From NCBI RefSeq assembly GCF_009914755.1, contig NC_060947.1: a stretch of 64,000 bases of DNA. One strand, 5' to 3'. The notes under the pieces were generated by a model. It did no database searches. It was not told the origin of the DNA and was given only the letters and a program-made list of their open reading frames with translations. This stretch comes from the human T2T-CHM13v2.0 reference genome, Homo sapiens. The position numbers and the translations under genes were made by a program. Shown here in pieces: positions 16,280 through 33,384 of this stretch; position 1 is the first letter of the stretch, and every line of letters starts with the position of its first letter.

Positions 16280-16960
16280 GGTATTCATTGAGTAGCTTTT
16301 AACCAATCTCCTTCTTCTATTATACGAGTTGCTCTACTGGGCTTTTGGGATGCAGAAATGAGTGAGAAGTGGTTTCTTCAGCCAAAACCAGATAGCCATT
16401 TAAGCACACAAATAGGATACATTTTTAGAGGTACTATTGGAGAGATACCTACAAGGCGTTGCAGAAACACAAAAAACAAAGAGTCCCTGGAGGTATAGGG
16501 AAAAGCTTCAAAGAGGACACGAAGGTGAAGTCATTTGAGATTGATTATATAACCTAGTGAAGAATTTTCCAGGTACAGAGAGATGCAGGAAGACCATTTC
16601 TGGCACAGGGAACAGCAGATACAAGAGCATGAAATAATTAAAGTACTGTGTTGTTCAAGAGATGCTGAAAAGTTCAGATATTTGGAAAGTTCAGTGAATG
16701 GGATGCGGAAGGATAACGGAATAGGATAGAAGGGGCAGGTTGAAGCCAGATGTAAAGAACTTTTATGCCTTTTTTAAGAGTTCAGGCTTCATTCTTTAGG
16801 CAAAGGCAAGCCAGAAAGGATTTTAACCAGTAGGAGTGACATGGTCAGTTAGGTCTTTAGAACAATAACTCTGGCTTCATTGTGAATGATTGAAGGGCAT
16901 GGTGCTTATATTTCCATTGTAATAGTCTAGGTCAGAGTAAGTCAGAGCTGAATTAAAAAT
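16280..16960 (-). mobile_element. L2 fragment
   Basis: ggcacagggaacagcagatacaagagcatg and ggattttaaccagtaggagtgacatggtcag. Confidence 0.7.
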
Positions 16961-17626
16961 AGCTGGATACAAAACAGCTTTTCTCTTCCATGCAATAGTG
17001 TGTTTCCTCCCTAAGCCCCACTCTCTCCCAGCGAATACAGTTAGTCTTGTTTTATGAAACCAGTTAAGTTATTAAGATTCAAGCACCCAGCTTTCTTTGC
17101 TTAGCTAGCTCAGGTAAATTGCTTTAATGATGTCCATACTGTAAGGGAAGCATATTCTAATATGGGAAAAATGGATCAGATGTCTTTGAAATTATCCTTT
17201 TTAGTGCAATGAGGAAATTGAAGTGCATAGTGAAATGTTTTGAAATGTTGTTAATAATGATATTATCTACTACCGACATGCTGTAATATCCATTTAAAAG
17301 AAATAAAGTTAATTTTGTATTTTTCTGCTCTAACAATGAGGAAAAATGGTAAATATTTGGGAACGTAATCGAATGTGGAGGTTGTCATAAAGTGAGTTAT
17401 TTTTTTCCAAAGGACTGTAATGGGAAAAATACATAAGTGCATACATATGGAAATGACTTGATTTGGTAGTTGAGATTTATATGTGACTTTTAAAAATGAT
17501 TTCCAGTTGCTATTCCTAATCCATTATTTTGTTGTCTTGAGCTGCAGATTGTTGTCTAGGTCACTAAATGGCACACTAAACACATTTGCTCACCATGCCC
17601 CTGTTTCTTCAGATCTTTTCCTATAG

Positions 17627-17628
<2 letters not shown>

Positions 17629-17668
<40 letters not shown>
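17629..17668. repeat. (CA)20 microsatellite
   Basis: Pure CA run read directly. Confidence 0.98.
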
Positions 17669-17671
<3 letters not shown>

Positions 17672-20600
17672 CTCCCCTTCACAGTTTTTATATTTTCAGA
17701 GAAATCTATGCATGATCTTCTGTCATGCAATCCTATCAAACATCCAATTCTTTTAAACAGCTAATTTTTTATTTCTTACTTTTGTTCCCAAGATGTAAGG
17801 CACTTGTAAGATTGTTCTCCTTTCCTGAATATTAGCAACAACAGCCCCACCAGCCGTTGCAGATTCTGCCATCAAGTTAACACATGGGGTGTGTAGATTT
17901 ACAAGTAGGAATGAAATTATATTAGAGATAATAGCTCTTACATTGCTCAAGAATAGATCACCCCATGACCACCTGGTCCTATATCAGTTCATTTCTCTTA
18001 TAATTCAGGAATTAGTTAATGTTTTTGGATTGCACGGGATGTGAAACATGCCTAGAAGCTTTGCCTTATATGGGAATCTCTTAAAATTTATGAATTCTTA
18101 TATCAAGGAAATTTTTAAAAATGCTTAATATTACAAAACACAATTCTGTTCTTTATATTATCATATTTGCTTAAAACCTTTAGGATCCAAAGAAGTGTTT
18201 TTCATTTTGACATCCTACTTTGGTTTTAATTGTCATGAGCACTAGAATGATATGTATTGCTTCCAAACTGAGTAGATTCTATTCGCTAGCTTATGCTGTA
18301 CTTAGCGAGCCGTCATTTGTCTTAACTGTATGAACCTTAGAGTGTTTATAATTTACTTAGAAGCAGCAGATATCAGCGCCCTAATTAACACCTTCACCAT
18401 TCCTCTCCTGGTACTTGAGAAGTTGGCGGCACTACAAATGGAACAGAGGCTCTGAAACTAAACACGGACCTGACACAGGATGGACATCAATTGTCTTTCA
18501 TGGCCTTGAGGTTCTTCCAATTTTATTTTGTGCAATAATTCCCCTGGATCCTGATTTCTATCTCCCAGTGCCATGTTTTCCCACATTGTTCATTGCCCAA
18601 ACCTGATACATCATGCACCAAAATTAGGAAGTTGACACAAGTCTGGATCTCCTAGTATACGTAATGTGGAATGAAGATTTGATTAGTAAAGGGAAGTAAA
18701 GATATGCAAAAACCACAGAATTATTAATATTTTTTCCTGTACACTTCTATAGTCTGGCAAAAAAAGGTTTGGAAATTTCTAAAGATAGTAGAAAATGGAC
18801 TATAAATGACTTGTATACAGAAAAAAAGTGTTTCAAAATATTGATTCATGAGGTTAATAATAGCTTAATATTAAAGCATTTATTTGTGTCTTTTCTTACA
18901 TATCTAACCATATTGCACAAAAAACAGGGTCCTAGAATTCTATACAGAATATTACATATCTATATCAGACATGATCAGAAATCAGTATCAGTACATAAAA
19001 TATACTTTATATTACTTAAATGGAAGAATTTAAAATGATATTACCATGTAATTGAACAGATTTGAGGTGCCTGAAGATTGAAAAAGAAATAATTATTTTC
19101 AGATCTTGAGAAATTCTACAAGGTAATCCTGTTGAAGTCTTCATCATAAGTGAGTTTTCCATTTGTATTATTAGTGTTTGTATTTTTTGTTGTGAGAAAG
19201 CGATCCTGATTCTGCTTATTTTAACAAAGACGAGAATAAATATATCAGAAGGTCATTGGGTCAGGCAAAGAGTTGTTTGTTTTTCAACATAGGCCACAAG
19301 GATGAACAGGAAAAGGACATTTCTAGAATGTACTGTTACAGTTTTATGAAAGTAATTCAAGCAAACAAAACAGCAAAAAGACATAGCTGCCATTTCTCAG
19401 TGTTCTAGGGACCAAAGAATGTACTTACAGTGCTAGGATGTCTGCATCTTTCCAGCTCTCACAACTAAAATAATTCAAGTATTTATGCCATTATTTTAAA
19501 TTTTGTTATTACTGCCCTTGCCTAGATCTTCATTTTCACTCAATTGAAATAGTATGGGAAATTCCTAAGTGGGATGCAAACCTTCAGTCTTTCCAACAGG
19601 ATTGTAATAATCTCCTGGCTGGACTGTACTGAGTTTATCTTCTTATCCCCTATAGTATCTAGCACAGAGAAGGAAAGTGTGTGGGAAATGCAACCACGCC
19701 CCTTTTCTTCCTTTATGACAGATGGTTTTAATAGATTCTAGCATTCTTTTCCTCACAAGTCTCAGCATAACATGCTGATTTATCAGAGTTGGCACATGTC
19801 ATAAAATCTACTTACCATTTCTGAACTGATAATACTTAGTAGGCCTAAATAAATGTTTATCGAACTAAAGTATTGCACATACCCAGAAATGGAACTGGGA
19901 GGATAAGTGAAAAGAAATTCTTAAAGAATTATTTCATAGTTTTTCTATTTCTATTCCTAAAGCTCCCCTTTTGTTTCCATTGCCTTCAGCGGCAATGGAA
20001 GACTTACAAGAGACAAGTGCTAGGTCTCATCAACTTGAGAGTCTGTTCATTATTAGTCTCTTCTTTGCTCCCAGCTGACTTATATTTAAATATATGGCTT
20101 CCATCCAATGATTCCCAGCAGGGCCATTAAATAAAGTATGTATTATGGACAAAAAATGGCAAAAATGTACTTGGCTCAGGGACACACCTTTCTCCAGTGA
20201 CTTGGATTCCTTTACTCATTAAGGAAAAAAAAAAAATGGTTCTATCGACTCGTCATTGTTGTTTTATATCAGCATGTCTTAACCATAGGAGGAAAAAGGC
20301 AGTTACAGTTTTAATAATGAATCTTAAATTACTGGCACTTCACTCATAAATGAAGAAAGGACAGTATAATATTTTATTCTCAGAAACTTTTCTCATCTCC
20401 CCTTTCCTGGGTCATGAGGTCAACTAATTTTGATTTTATCTGCTCTAAACTCATCCTAATCCTATAACTTAGTCACGTTGGTTTTAATATTTGAAGATTG
20501 TTTTGTTTCTTGAGATTTTCCTACTTCTCTCTAAAATTGCATCTGGGGCATGGAGAAATGGCTTTCATGACATTGTGTAGTTGAGAGGAAATGGATCCCC

Positions 20601-21799
20601 TCACCTCCTGCTGGTTCTTGGGGGATTGGTGACAGGATTTATCTATGGGATGGTCTTTAGCATATGCTAATTGAAGTTGACACTTGGTAAAATTCATAGT
20701 CTAAATTATCTCAGCTTGGTTAAGGCCTCAGAAAGATCCCTAGCTTGTTCATCCACTCTAAACTCTAAACTCTGAGAGTGTCTGCTTTGCCTTTCATCTT
20801 TCTCCTGGTACAGGCTATCCCTTTATTTCAAGGTTGCTAGACCTTCTTTTAGACCTTCTTTACAGTGGGGTCAGTGGCTAATCTGCAAAACCCGAGGAAG
20901 GCCTGGGAGGGCAAACTAGACCATCTCTCTGGCTAATCATGCCAGTCTGCTTCATAAGCTCTGCGTTTTCACACAAGACTGTGCTTTCACAGTCACCCTG
21001 CACAGCAGCCTTGTGCTAGTGTTCAAAATGGCAACAGAAACGTCCTATTTCCTACAATTTATGGAACATATTTCCTCCTCTCCACTAAAGCATGAGGGAG
21101 GGAAGTGGAGATATGTATCTCCCTCACCTATATCTGCCTCCAGTCCTTTTCCTGTGAGCCTTGAGGAAAAAGAAATAAATCATATTCTTAAGTTTTCAAA
21201 AATCTTAATCATATTACATTATCAGTAGATAATAGAAATTATAGAAATTTTATTAAACTTTTTCTTTGTGGTATCTATAACCTTAATCTCTTCACTCTCA
21301 CTAAATCTTCAATCTGTTATGTTTGATGTATTGCAATAGTTTTTAACTTGCTTCTTGCCTCCTTTTCTCTTTCCACTCCAGGCTATTTTGCATCCTGTTG
21401 CCAGACTATTCTTCAGCTCTCTCGCTTTGATTACACCGTTTTTCATTAAGACATTTAGAATTTTGTCTCATCATTTATCTATTATTCTTTTTCAATCATA
21501 TGCCTGCTGAGTCCTAAGACTCTTTTCTTCTTATTATAATTTCTTTACTACATTACCCCTAAATTTGTTCCTTCCTCGTTTCTTTATCATATTACCTTGT
21601 AATGATAAGACATCCATATACTGTCTGATTCTTCAAAGCCTAGCTTTAGACCCTCTTGGGTGAACCTGACTCACTCCATAACTAGAGTATTTAGTCTGTA
21701 GAACATATCTTGATATGACATTATGAGTTTGAGTAGGTATTCTCTCTTTTCTTCATATTTATCTTTCCCACTAACTCTTTTATTTTTTTAAAAATAATC

Positions 21800-21975
21800 T
21801 TCCCAACAACCCTTCAGTGTGGGTGTTGATATCTGCAAATTACAGACAAGAAAACTGAGGTTCAGAAAAGTGAAGTCACCTGCCTAAAGCCACAAAACTA
21901 GTTGATTTTTGGAGCTGTGATTCAGATCCAAATCTGGTTTCAGTTTTAAGTTCCTCACTGGATTAGGCTGCCTCT
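21800..21975 (-). mobile_element. MIR
   Basis: ttacagacaagaaaactgaggttcagaaaagtgaagtcacctgcctaaagccaca. Confidence 0.8.
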
Positions 21976-24769
21976 TCTTAACAGAAGGGGTTTTACAGTA
22001 TATTTTGAGGGATACTTCACAAATAAGGTGATGTTTGAGGGGGCAATTTATTGATTACTAAATGCTGAACACAGTATATCATGTTATCCTTTCAACAACT
22101 CTGAGAGTTAGGTGCTACCAACAGTCTCGATTTTTCAGTTATGGAAGGTGAGTGATAGAGGGAATGCAGGGGCTAAATAATGAATTGAACACAAGGCCCT
22201 AATCATCATACTGCTCTACTTCCCACTTATTGAACTCAATTCTACACATCAGACCCTTCTCAATCTAGTTTCTGGGCTCTGGAGGTTGTGGCGATGGATG
22301 GCCTAGCATTTCCTAGGATCTAAGCCCTGGGCATAGCCTGCTTCCAACATTGGGAGCATAGAGATGAGTCAGGAAAGCCTGACCATGGCCTAACTCATTT
22401 TTAAGCATCTTAAACAAAGAATAGTGTTTAGTATTTGTCCACGGTTATTGTAATGTCTAATAGGTGGTACAGAGCACTAAATATTTACTTCATTATACAA
22501 AATCTAATAGGACTTAAAAAATAAAAGCACGTACTGCAAAACACAGGTTTGAACAATAAGAATATTGCTTTTTTGCTGTTCTTTAGACTTCTTTTCCATG
22601 TTTTCATTAATAAGCATGTATTATTCTTATAATTTACATCTGTGTTAGTTCAACAATACTGTAATTTAATTACATTGTGATCCAAACAATTAGACTGTGA
22701 CATTTTATTTACCAAACATTACTAAGTCTGCAGTTAATCATAAAGCAGTATTTCTGGTGTTCATCTCCAAACATTTTATCTACATTATTAACTTAGAATA
22801 TTTGCAACATGCTGCTTCTCAACTGTGACTATGATTATTCACTTATATTTGTATTTCATCATTAAAAAGAAGCCCTCATTTTCTCATTATTAGGTCTTAA
22901 ACTGAATCAACCTGACATGAATATAAAAAAATTAGAGTAGTTTAAAACAGTTGGTTCATCAGAGATTTGAACTGAGGTAAACAAAATTAGGTAGATTCTG
23001 TAAATAATCAAGGCATTTTATTTTAATTAATGGCCTTGTTACAGTTCTGTTTCAAAAACTGAAGGATTTGGATATTACACCCCCTTAGGTTTTATATACA
23101 TATAATGACAACGTTGGTTTGGATGACGTCTTTGTTCTTTCTAGCTGTTACATTACATTCTGTAGTTATCTGAACTGCTTGCCAGACTGTTTAGGGAAAT
23201 GCATGTATCACAGTTAGGGGGGATTCACAAATGGTAGGTTTCTCTGCAAAATTGAGACATATTTAGAGTAGAAAACACTTTGCCTCTTGGAAATAGAAGT
23301 ATAGGGTAATCTCTTTTTGTTTGTAGGCCAGAAGTTTCTGTGGACTATAAATAGAAACAGCTCACAGCTAGGATGGAGAAAGCTAGAGAAATGTACCTAT
23401 TTGATTGAAAGGGATAGCTAATGTACTCAAAAATTGCTCTTGAGAAAGAGCAATGACACATTCATTCTGAAGGACTACTTAATTGCCCACTCTTGGAACA
23501 AGTTGGTCTTCAGCTCTAAACTAAACTGAAGATTTTGAAAATGATAGAAAAATAGTGCAGCAAATGTTAAATTTATGAAATAGGCTTGCAATTTTCTCAT
23601 CAAACTTAGACCAACCTTAACGATATTGTAAGAGTAATATATTCTCAAGGATAAAATGTTCTCTAGTTCAACTTCTACATAGAAAATGAGTTTAAATGAG
23701 CCAGTCGTCTTAATATTTGGATACAATGGTCATTTTGAAATATGTGAAATGTGTTCCACTATTATTAGAAAGGAAAAAAAATAAATATGCTTATCTTTGA
23801 TTTGGGCAATACCCAGGACTGATTCATAGAAAAAAATCTAATATATTTATACATAGGAGTGCTTTCTCTCTACTTGTACCTACAATAAAAAGGTCGTCGT
23901 TTGCTTTTTAAAAATTATTTTCACTGGAGTATACTTGAAACTGTACATCTCAAATGTTTTAACAAATATACCTAAATATTAAAATTACTAAGTAATTTTG
24001 TCCATTGAAAAATGTGGCTACTGCATATATAATAAGACATAGTTTCTTCTCAAAAGTGCCTAATAAGACTAAAGAGAGTGAATCAATGGAATTATTTATT
24101 TGTTAAAATCATGTTAAATGTCTTAAAGGTGTTATTCTTTCTTTCCTAATTTTCAAAAGAAAATACTTTGTCTTCTTTCATACTCATTGTTTCTAACTCT
24201 TTCTAACTTTTAGTAATTGTCAATAACACTTATATTACTTAAAATCTTTTCCTTAATTTATCTTCTTCTACCCTTCTATCCAACTCTTCTTTATTAAAAA
24301 CATGTCTTCAGGATACCACAGGAGAAAAGGTCAGAAAAAGAAAAGGGAGTTTTAGTGTATACCTACCTCCAAACAGTCATTATTACTGTCAAGGCATAAA
24401 GCCATATGTTGCATATGACAAATTCTGTATTTCTACTGGGGTGCATTGTACTGTATTTTCATAACATATGCCAGGCAACTTCTATGTATTTCAGGTCACT
24501 AAGTATACTTTTCAACAAGACAAGGAAACTTTCTCCCTCCCATCCCTTCTGAAATCTTTATTTGGAGATCTAGCTCTAAGTTTTATGTTTTCCTGGTGGT
24601 CTTTCGATTCATTCCATTCCATTCCATTCCATTCATTCATTCATTCATTCAAAAACATTATTATTCACATACCATAGGTCATAAACCTCATTACTTATGG
24701 GAAATACGAAAATACTTACCATTCTGTCTTCTCTCTTCTTTGAGGCTTGTTCTCATGAAATAAGACAGA

Positions 24770-24777
24770 TCTATCTA

Positions 24778-24833
<56 letters not shown>
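24770..24833. repeat. Compound tetranucleotide STR [TCTA]2[TCTG]6[TCTA]8
   Basis: Counted directly. Confidence 0.97.
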
Positions 24834-25321
24834 AACAATGAAGTGATAGATTAAGTATATGAAAGGAAAATGAAAAGCAAAGAAAAAAGGAAAAAGGCCT
24901 CTGCTAGTTGCGTTGTGGATTTGGAAAAACTTCATGGATGAGATGATCCTAAAAGATTACTCTGGGTATTCCATGCAGCTAAAGGTCGAGGGCCAAGGTG
25001 GCTGTAATAGTCCAAGTAATGTGGAAAGAATTTGGGTGTGAAAAGACTTGCCAGGAAGTTTTGACTCCAGAAAGATTCTAAAATAAATTGGTAATTATAA
25101 AGATGATAATGTATGGCCTCGAAGGCCATGTTCAGGAATTTGGACTGTGTACAGACAGATTGTGGAAAGCTATTGCACGATTTTGGGCAGTTACACAATA
25201 AGGTTATTCTATTGGGGAGTACACAGATTTGGCTGGGTGAAAAAGGCTAGCAGAGAAAAAGGCCATTTTGAAAGCTGTTGGAAATAGTCCTGTGAGAAAT
25301 AATAAGAAAACCTATCAAATA

Positions 25322-25786
<465 letters not shown>

Positions 25787-25994
25787 TTAGTTAGAGGCAT
25801 GTTGCCTTTGAAGTGCCTGAGTTGAGAAACATTGGACATTTAGAAAGTGAGGGTGGTGGTCATAAATCTGGGAGTCCCAGAGAGGTAGACTGATCCATGG
25901 GATTGTCTAAGTTGGGAGTGGGAAGAGAGCATCTTGATAAAGAAGAAAAGCCACGCTACAAGACTAGAGAAAATCAACATAAAGAACAACAGGC

Positions 25995-26356
<362 letters not shown>

Positions 26357-28102
26357 TTAAAAAATTAAGGCAACTGGGATAAGCAACTAATATTTCAGCC
26401 ATTTGAGAATGACTCTATCTCTTCGTACACTTGCAAATAGAATTGTAATCACATGAGATTTCAACCAGATAAATTTGGTTACCCAGAAAAAAATGAGGTC
26501 ATGACATAGATTTGAAGGCCAACAAAAATTACATAATCAGTGCTCCGTAAATTAGCTATTACGTAGGTGGATGCACATTTTGTTTCATGTCCATGAAGAT
26601 TCGAAGCGTTAAGTTATTTTACTCATGATAACAATCTACTTCCTATCGAAATTTCATGGAGAGATAATAGATCAGTATTTATTCTATACTGAGTATAGAC
26701 CATGAAGATTAAAAATAGCTCATGAATAAGGGAAAGGGAAACTCTATATGTGGGATTTTATGTAATTATGGTAACAATTCCTTGGAGATATTGTGGTCTG
26801 TTATGTAAATATGTGTAATTATGATAATTTCAAAAACCATGTTATTTACTCAGTAGTTTAACAGCTCCTTCACAAAGCAGTCACTTTCAGAACTCAGGAG
26901 GGGTATAGCAATACTTTCCATAAAAATGAGGTAAACTTAACATCTCATGTGAATTTAAAATATATTTTTATAAGAAAGACATCAGAATTTAAGGGTATAT
27001 TTACCCCATTTTTACTTTCACACAATAAAGTACTGCTGTAGCACAGATCATTATTACCCAAGTTCAGGGATGACATACACAAAGATTATTATTGATAAAT
27101 AATCAGAATGAATTGGTAGTATTTGCATAGATTTTTCTGGACCATAGTTGTTTTTACCTGTTGTTTGAGGGCCTATTATGGGGGGCATATTTAATATATG
27201 AGTGCTATAACTAGAAATTCAAACTGTCAGAGGGAAGGAAACCATCCATCTACCCATTCATTAAATGAATATTTATTCAAGGCCAAGATGTGCTAAATGT
27301 GGGACTGAATTTTGGGACCAAAATCTTAAATGATGCATATGTCCTACTATTACATGCTGTCTAACAGGCAGAGGTAATCAGGTAAATAAGTCAGTGAAAT
27401 AACATCATTGGAGTCTTCACATTTCACTTTTCCGGGGGACACCATTCCCATTGTTGTGAAATGCAAAGACCCTGAGTGTTCTAGGTGTTATAATAGAAAG
27501 AAAAGTAGGGTACAAAAGGGGAACAATTTTATATGGTAGAGCTAAGGTCACTTAGGATGATCCAAGTTTTAATGTCTCCACTAGACAGCCAGAGTAATAG
27601 GTGAATGTGTGTGTGATTAAGAAAAATCATCCATTGCCACTCATTGATATGTAAGGGACAAGCAGAGGAGGGGAAGCACTATCAGAGGAGAATGAGAAGG
27701 AATAGTTAAGGCAGAAAAGAAAAAAAGTGAAAAGTACATTTTTTTCTGAATGTAAGATTCCAGAAGGCAGTCGGTAAAAGTTCCAAGAGATCCACGGAAG
27801 TCAAGTAAAATGAGAGGGAAGAGTCCATTGGATTTGAAAATTAAGTCATGAGCAACTTCACTTAGAGCATGTTCAGTAAAGACATACAAATAAATAAAAG
27901 TGACTTTGATGATAACTTTTGGTTGGCAACACCAACAAACCAATTTTGAATAATTCCTCCAAGAACCGTCATAGTGAAGGAAAACGGAGTGGTGTTCCTA
28001 TTCTAGGAAAGGTTTTTGTTTGTTCTATTTTGGTTTTGTTCTTGGATTTTTTTTAGTTTTAGTTTCCTGTGGTATTAAAACATGTTTATATAAAGTAAAG
28101 GG

Positions 28103-28511
<409 letters not shown>

Positions 28512-28920
28512 CTATGAACAAGATAAAGGGTTCATCCTTATCTGAAGCAGGAAAGAGGAAGGGAAAGAGAGAAGGATGGATTCTAATATAAATACATGCA
28601 GAAAGTTCTTAACCATATTTTTCACTTAGAATCACAAAAAAAAGACATATAAAACAAAGTCACTAAAGAACATAATAATGTGCTTATATTACACTGAAAT
28701 GATACTCTACTTTCCTCTAATTATTATTCTTCCAAGCAAATACTTTTTTTTTTTTTTTTGACACAGTATCTCACTCTGTCATCCAGGCTGGAGGGCAGTG
28801 GCGTGATTTTGGCTCGCTGCAACCTCCCACTCCTGGGCTCAAGCAATCCTCCCACCTCAGCGTTTGTAGTGGCTGGGACTACAGGAGCCCATTACCACAT
28901 CCAGCTATTTTTTTTAAATA

Positions 28921-29349
<429 letters not shown>

Positions 29350-32300
29350 ACACACACCCAGCTAATTTTTGTATGTTTTGTAGAGATGGGGTTTTGCCAT
29401 GTTGCCCTGGCTGGCCTCAAACTCCTGGGCTCAAGCGATCTGCCCACCTCAGCCTCCCAAAGTACTGGGATTACAGGCATGAGCCACCACGCCCAGCCTC
29501 AAATACTTTTTTGACCCGAATATCCTGCCTAATTGTGTAAGAGTTAATCTATATTGTCCAAAGTACCAGTAAGGTTTTTCTTCTTAGGCAAGGATGTTAG
29601 AAACATATTAGGTTTTTCTGATCAATATGGCTCACTTTTTAAGAGGAAATTGTTAATATTTTTGAGTCATTGACTGCCTTTGTGCTGTTTCAGAGAATGT
29701 ACAAGAGTGCGGCAATAAAAAATGGCATACGTATTGAAAATATTATTGCTCTGGTTTTCAGTTATTTAGCTCAGGTTTTAGAAGTTTCATCTGCCTGGAA
29801 ATATTTTCAAACATCCATCTATATTATTGCCATGTGAGTAGTGGATCTAGTGTGACATTGCCTCTTCTACTGGCAATGATATGGCATAACTCTAGTTTGA
29901 GGAGTCAAAATAGGAGGTAGCAGATCTATTGTGAATATCCAAAGTGCAGACTGCCTGTTCATAACAAATTCTCTTATGAAATTATACCTTTGTAAGAGCT
30001 TCCATAATATATATCTTATAGAGAAACTCCCAAATGGAATTTCTCTAACAGACTTTGCCAAACTTTGATTTCTTGGTTACCGGGCTATAGTTAATGTGTT
30101 CATAATAGCATATTGCTAACACAACCATTAACATGACCCTTGAAAAATAAAATTTGATTTCACAATGTCACAGCCGTACATGGAATTTTGAAACTAAGTC
30201 TTCTTATAAAATCATTTTGAGAGGTAGTTTATTTCTAAGTGAAGGTTACTTGTAAATAATGGTATAACCATTAGCTTTTGACTTTTACCACAATATTGTT
30301 GGCTAGTCATAATGTTCCCATTCATAAAGGATAACTGTGTAATCATTTGTTATTCAGATGTTGTGCCAAAAATCCAAAATAACATTTATTCTTATTTCTA
30401 AAAGTATCAGAACATTTACAATGAAGCTGCAGTTGTTTTTTGGTTTTTGAGTGAAATATACAACCAATAAACAGGATAGGATTACAGTATATTCTGATAA
30501 AAAGCTAATTTGGGGCAAATGAGCCATATTACAGTTGTTACCTATCACTTGATTGAAACCAAATCATTATCTAGCTTTGGATAACCATGCACCTTAAATT
30601 GAAAATTCTACAACCCATTCTATGGCATACTTCTGAAAGGCTCTGGAGTTTCTCTAGATGAAATCAAACACCCAAAGAACATGAAATTTTGGTCAGTTTT
30701 CTTTTACGTGCACATGAAATCATGTTCTGTCAAGTGTGAAGATTGCGGCAGGTGTTATGAGTCAGCACACAGCATAAGCAAAGCTGTATGATTGTCTACC
30801 TAATGTTCTCACGATGATGTTTCTGCATAGTTATGGAAATAAATGTCTGTCTGAATTTTTAGAGCTTCATCACCACTTATCTGAGGCTAAGGTAAATCCA
30901 AGGAGGATGTAACATCTTTTTCTTTACATTTTTGACTATATATATATATTTCTTTTAAAAGTTAGCAATTAAGCCATTTCTATGTGCCTAACACAGTGCT
31001 AAATCCTTGATAGCTGTGGAAAAATAGCTGTCATAAATCACTGTCCTTGTATTTGTGGATGCTGGTATATAATTTTCTGTAGAAAGGTTTCTGATTTGTA
31101 TTTACTTTCATGGAAATCAGTGACAGGAAACTGGAAAGTATGTAGGGGGTGGAAAGATCATTTGAGAATGATGCAAATATTGTTTGAAAAACTTGTATTT
31201 ATATTTGTATGCTCTGGAGATGCATATATCCAAATTTAACCTCATGAAAATTCCAGGAACTAAAACCTTGAAGACCAGAAGATGCATAATCTCCTTAACA
31301 AACAGGCTTGTTTCACATCAGCAAGCTATGATATTAAAAGGGTCAGCCTATCTCAATTTGATTGACCAAATTAGAAACCTATTTAGGATGCAATTATAAT
31401 GCATAAGAGATCACTGTGCTCTAATAAATCCTGAAACACATTTCATGGCCAGCACCAAGGTAAGGGGCTGCCCAAGTTAAATATAGAAACATGTACTGTG
31501 AAGGGTCAGAAGTTTGCTTCTTGGCATGCTTTTATTCAGCACTCCATGATTATGCAGTAGTGGCCAGTGTGGTGTGGACTTTGAGGACTTGCCTTACCAC
31601 CAACTAGCCAAGTGAGCTTGGAAAGACCCCTTGAACTGTTCTGTTACTGCAATGATCTATGAGACAATAGATTTGAACTAAATCATTCCTAATAGTCTTA
31701 ATGAATAGCAGTTTCATTAGTTTAGTAATGGGATAATACTAAAGAAAATAAAAACCCCAACCTTTGTTAGGTACATAGAGTATAGTAAAGTGATTCAGAT
31801 AAAGGTTATATACAGAGAACAAACTAAGAATTTTTTTTAAGAAGTAATTGACAAAAATTGTGTGAAGGCAAAGAGAGCTACCAGTATAAAAACCATTCCA
31901 GGTAGTGTTTGTGTCTTCAGAGAGAAAGAAAAGAGACCAGACAGGTCTGGTTAGGATATTGTTGGGGAATAGGTAGCCAAGCAACTGCATGAAAAGCCAC
32001 CAAAGGGAGCCTTCTTCAAAGGGATGGGCGCATCACTGAGATAATCCCTGGCTTAGCCTTTGACAGGCTTGCATCTCAGCATTCACTTCTGTTTGAGCTA
32101 TTATGTGCTGACTTCAGCATGGGAGCAATGAAATTGGGGCATGACTACACATTTCATTACCGACTCCCAAGCCCTGGGAAAATAATACTTTTTTAAAAAC
32201 CCTGTACCTACCATCTAATAAGGTAATAGTCAAGTTGTCTTATTAGATTATTCATTAATGAAACAAATCTGTGATGAAACAGACTTCAGATGAATATAGC

Positions 32301-32688
32301 TGTAATTTTTTTATCAATGACATAAAACTGACCTGCTAAAACAGTATAGCAACTGGTAAAATAGTTTATTAAATTCTTTTAAAATATGACCAGTTACATT
32401 ATATAGAAATAACTGGACTGTGGTCCCTAAAAAAAGAGAAATCTGCTTAGGAAAAATGTAATTAAAGGCGACAAAAGAATTGGACTGTCTTACTCAATGT
32501 AAAACTTTTAAATCAATCTTATTATTTTAGGAGATTCATACATGAGGACTGTTGCTTTTGTATTAGCTTAACAAGCACCCAGGGAGTCCTCCTAATAGTT
32601 AAGTTTATAGAATTAAAAGAAGTAGGGCTAATGTGGGCTTATTTTCCTAATGTGCAACATTATTTGGTATTCCAAAAAAAGTACGTGA

Positions 32689-33001
<313 letters not shown>

Positions 33002-33384
33002 TAATAAGCATATATTGAAATTCCACTCAAATTAAAGGGATACATATGTAAATAAGGACTCTGCACTGAGAAGGTTAACTTTAGTGGTGATCCAATAGAA
33101 TTCTATTAGAATAGACTAATGGATTTATATAATGATAGTACATAATAATAAAACTAACAAATATATAATAAAGTATAATATTATATTCTAGAGAATTTGG
33201 AGGAATTTTATCTAGATAAGCCAGATATATTTTGGTCAGTTGTGAGAAAGAGTGAAATTAAAAGTAAACAGCTGGGAATAGTGCATATTAAAAAGCTGTA
33301 GCAACAGTAGTGGTGATAATGGTGATGACTGTGATCATGAGAAAAAGAAAAGAAGATAGAGGAGGAGGAAAAGGAGAGGAATGC

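Noticed and set aside
26598-26620. attcgaagcgttaagttatttt resembling the U6 snRNA 3' end
   Set aside because: The similarity is short and gapped and the rest of U6 is absent.
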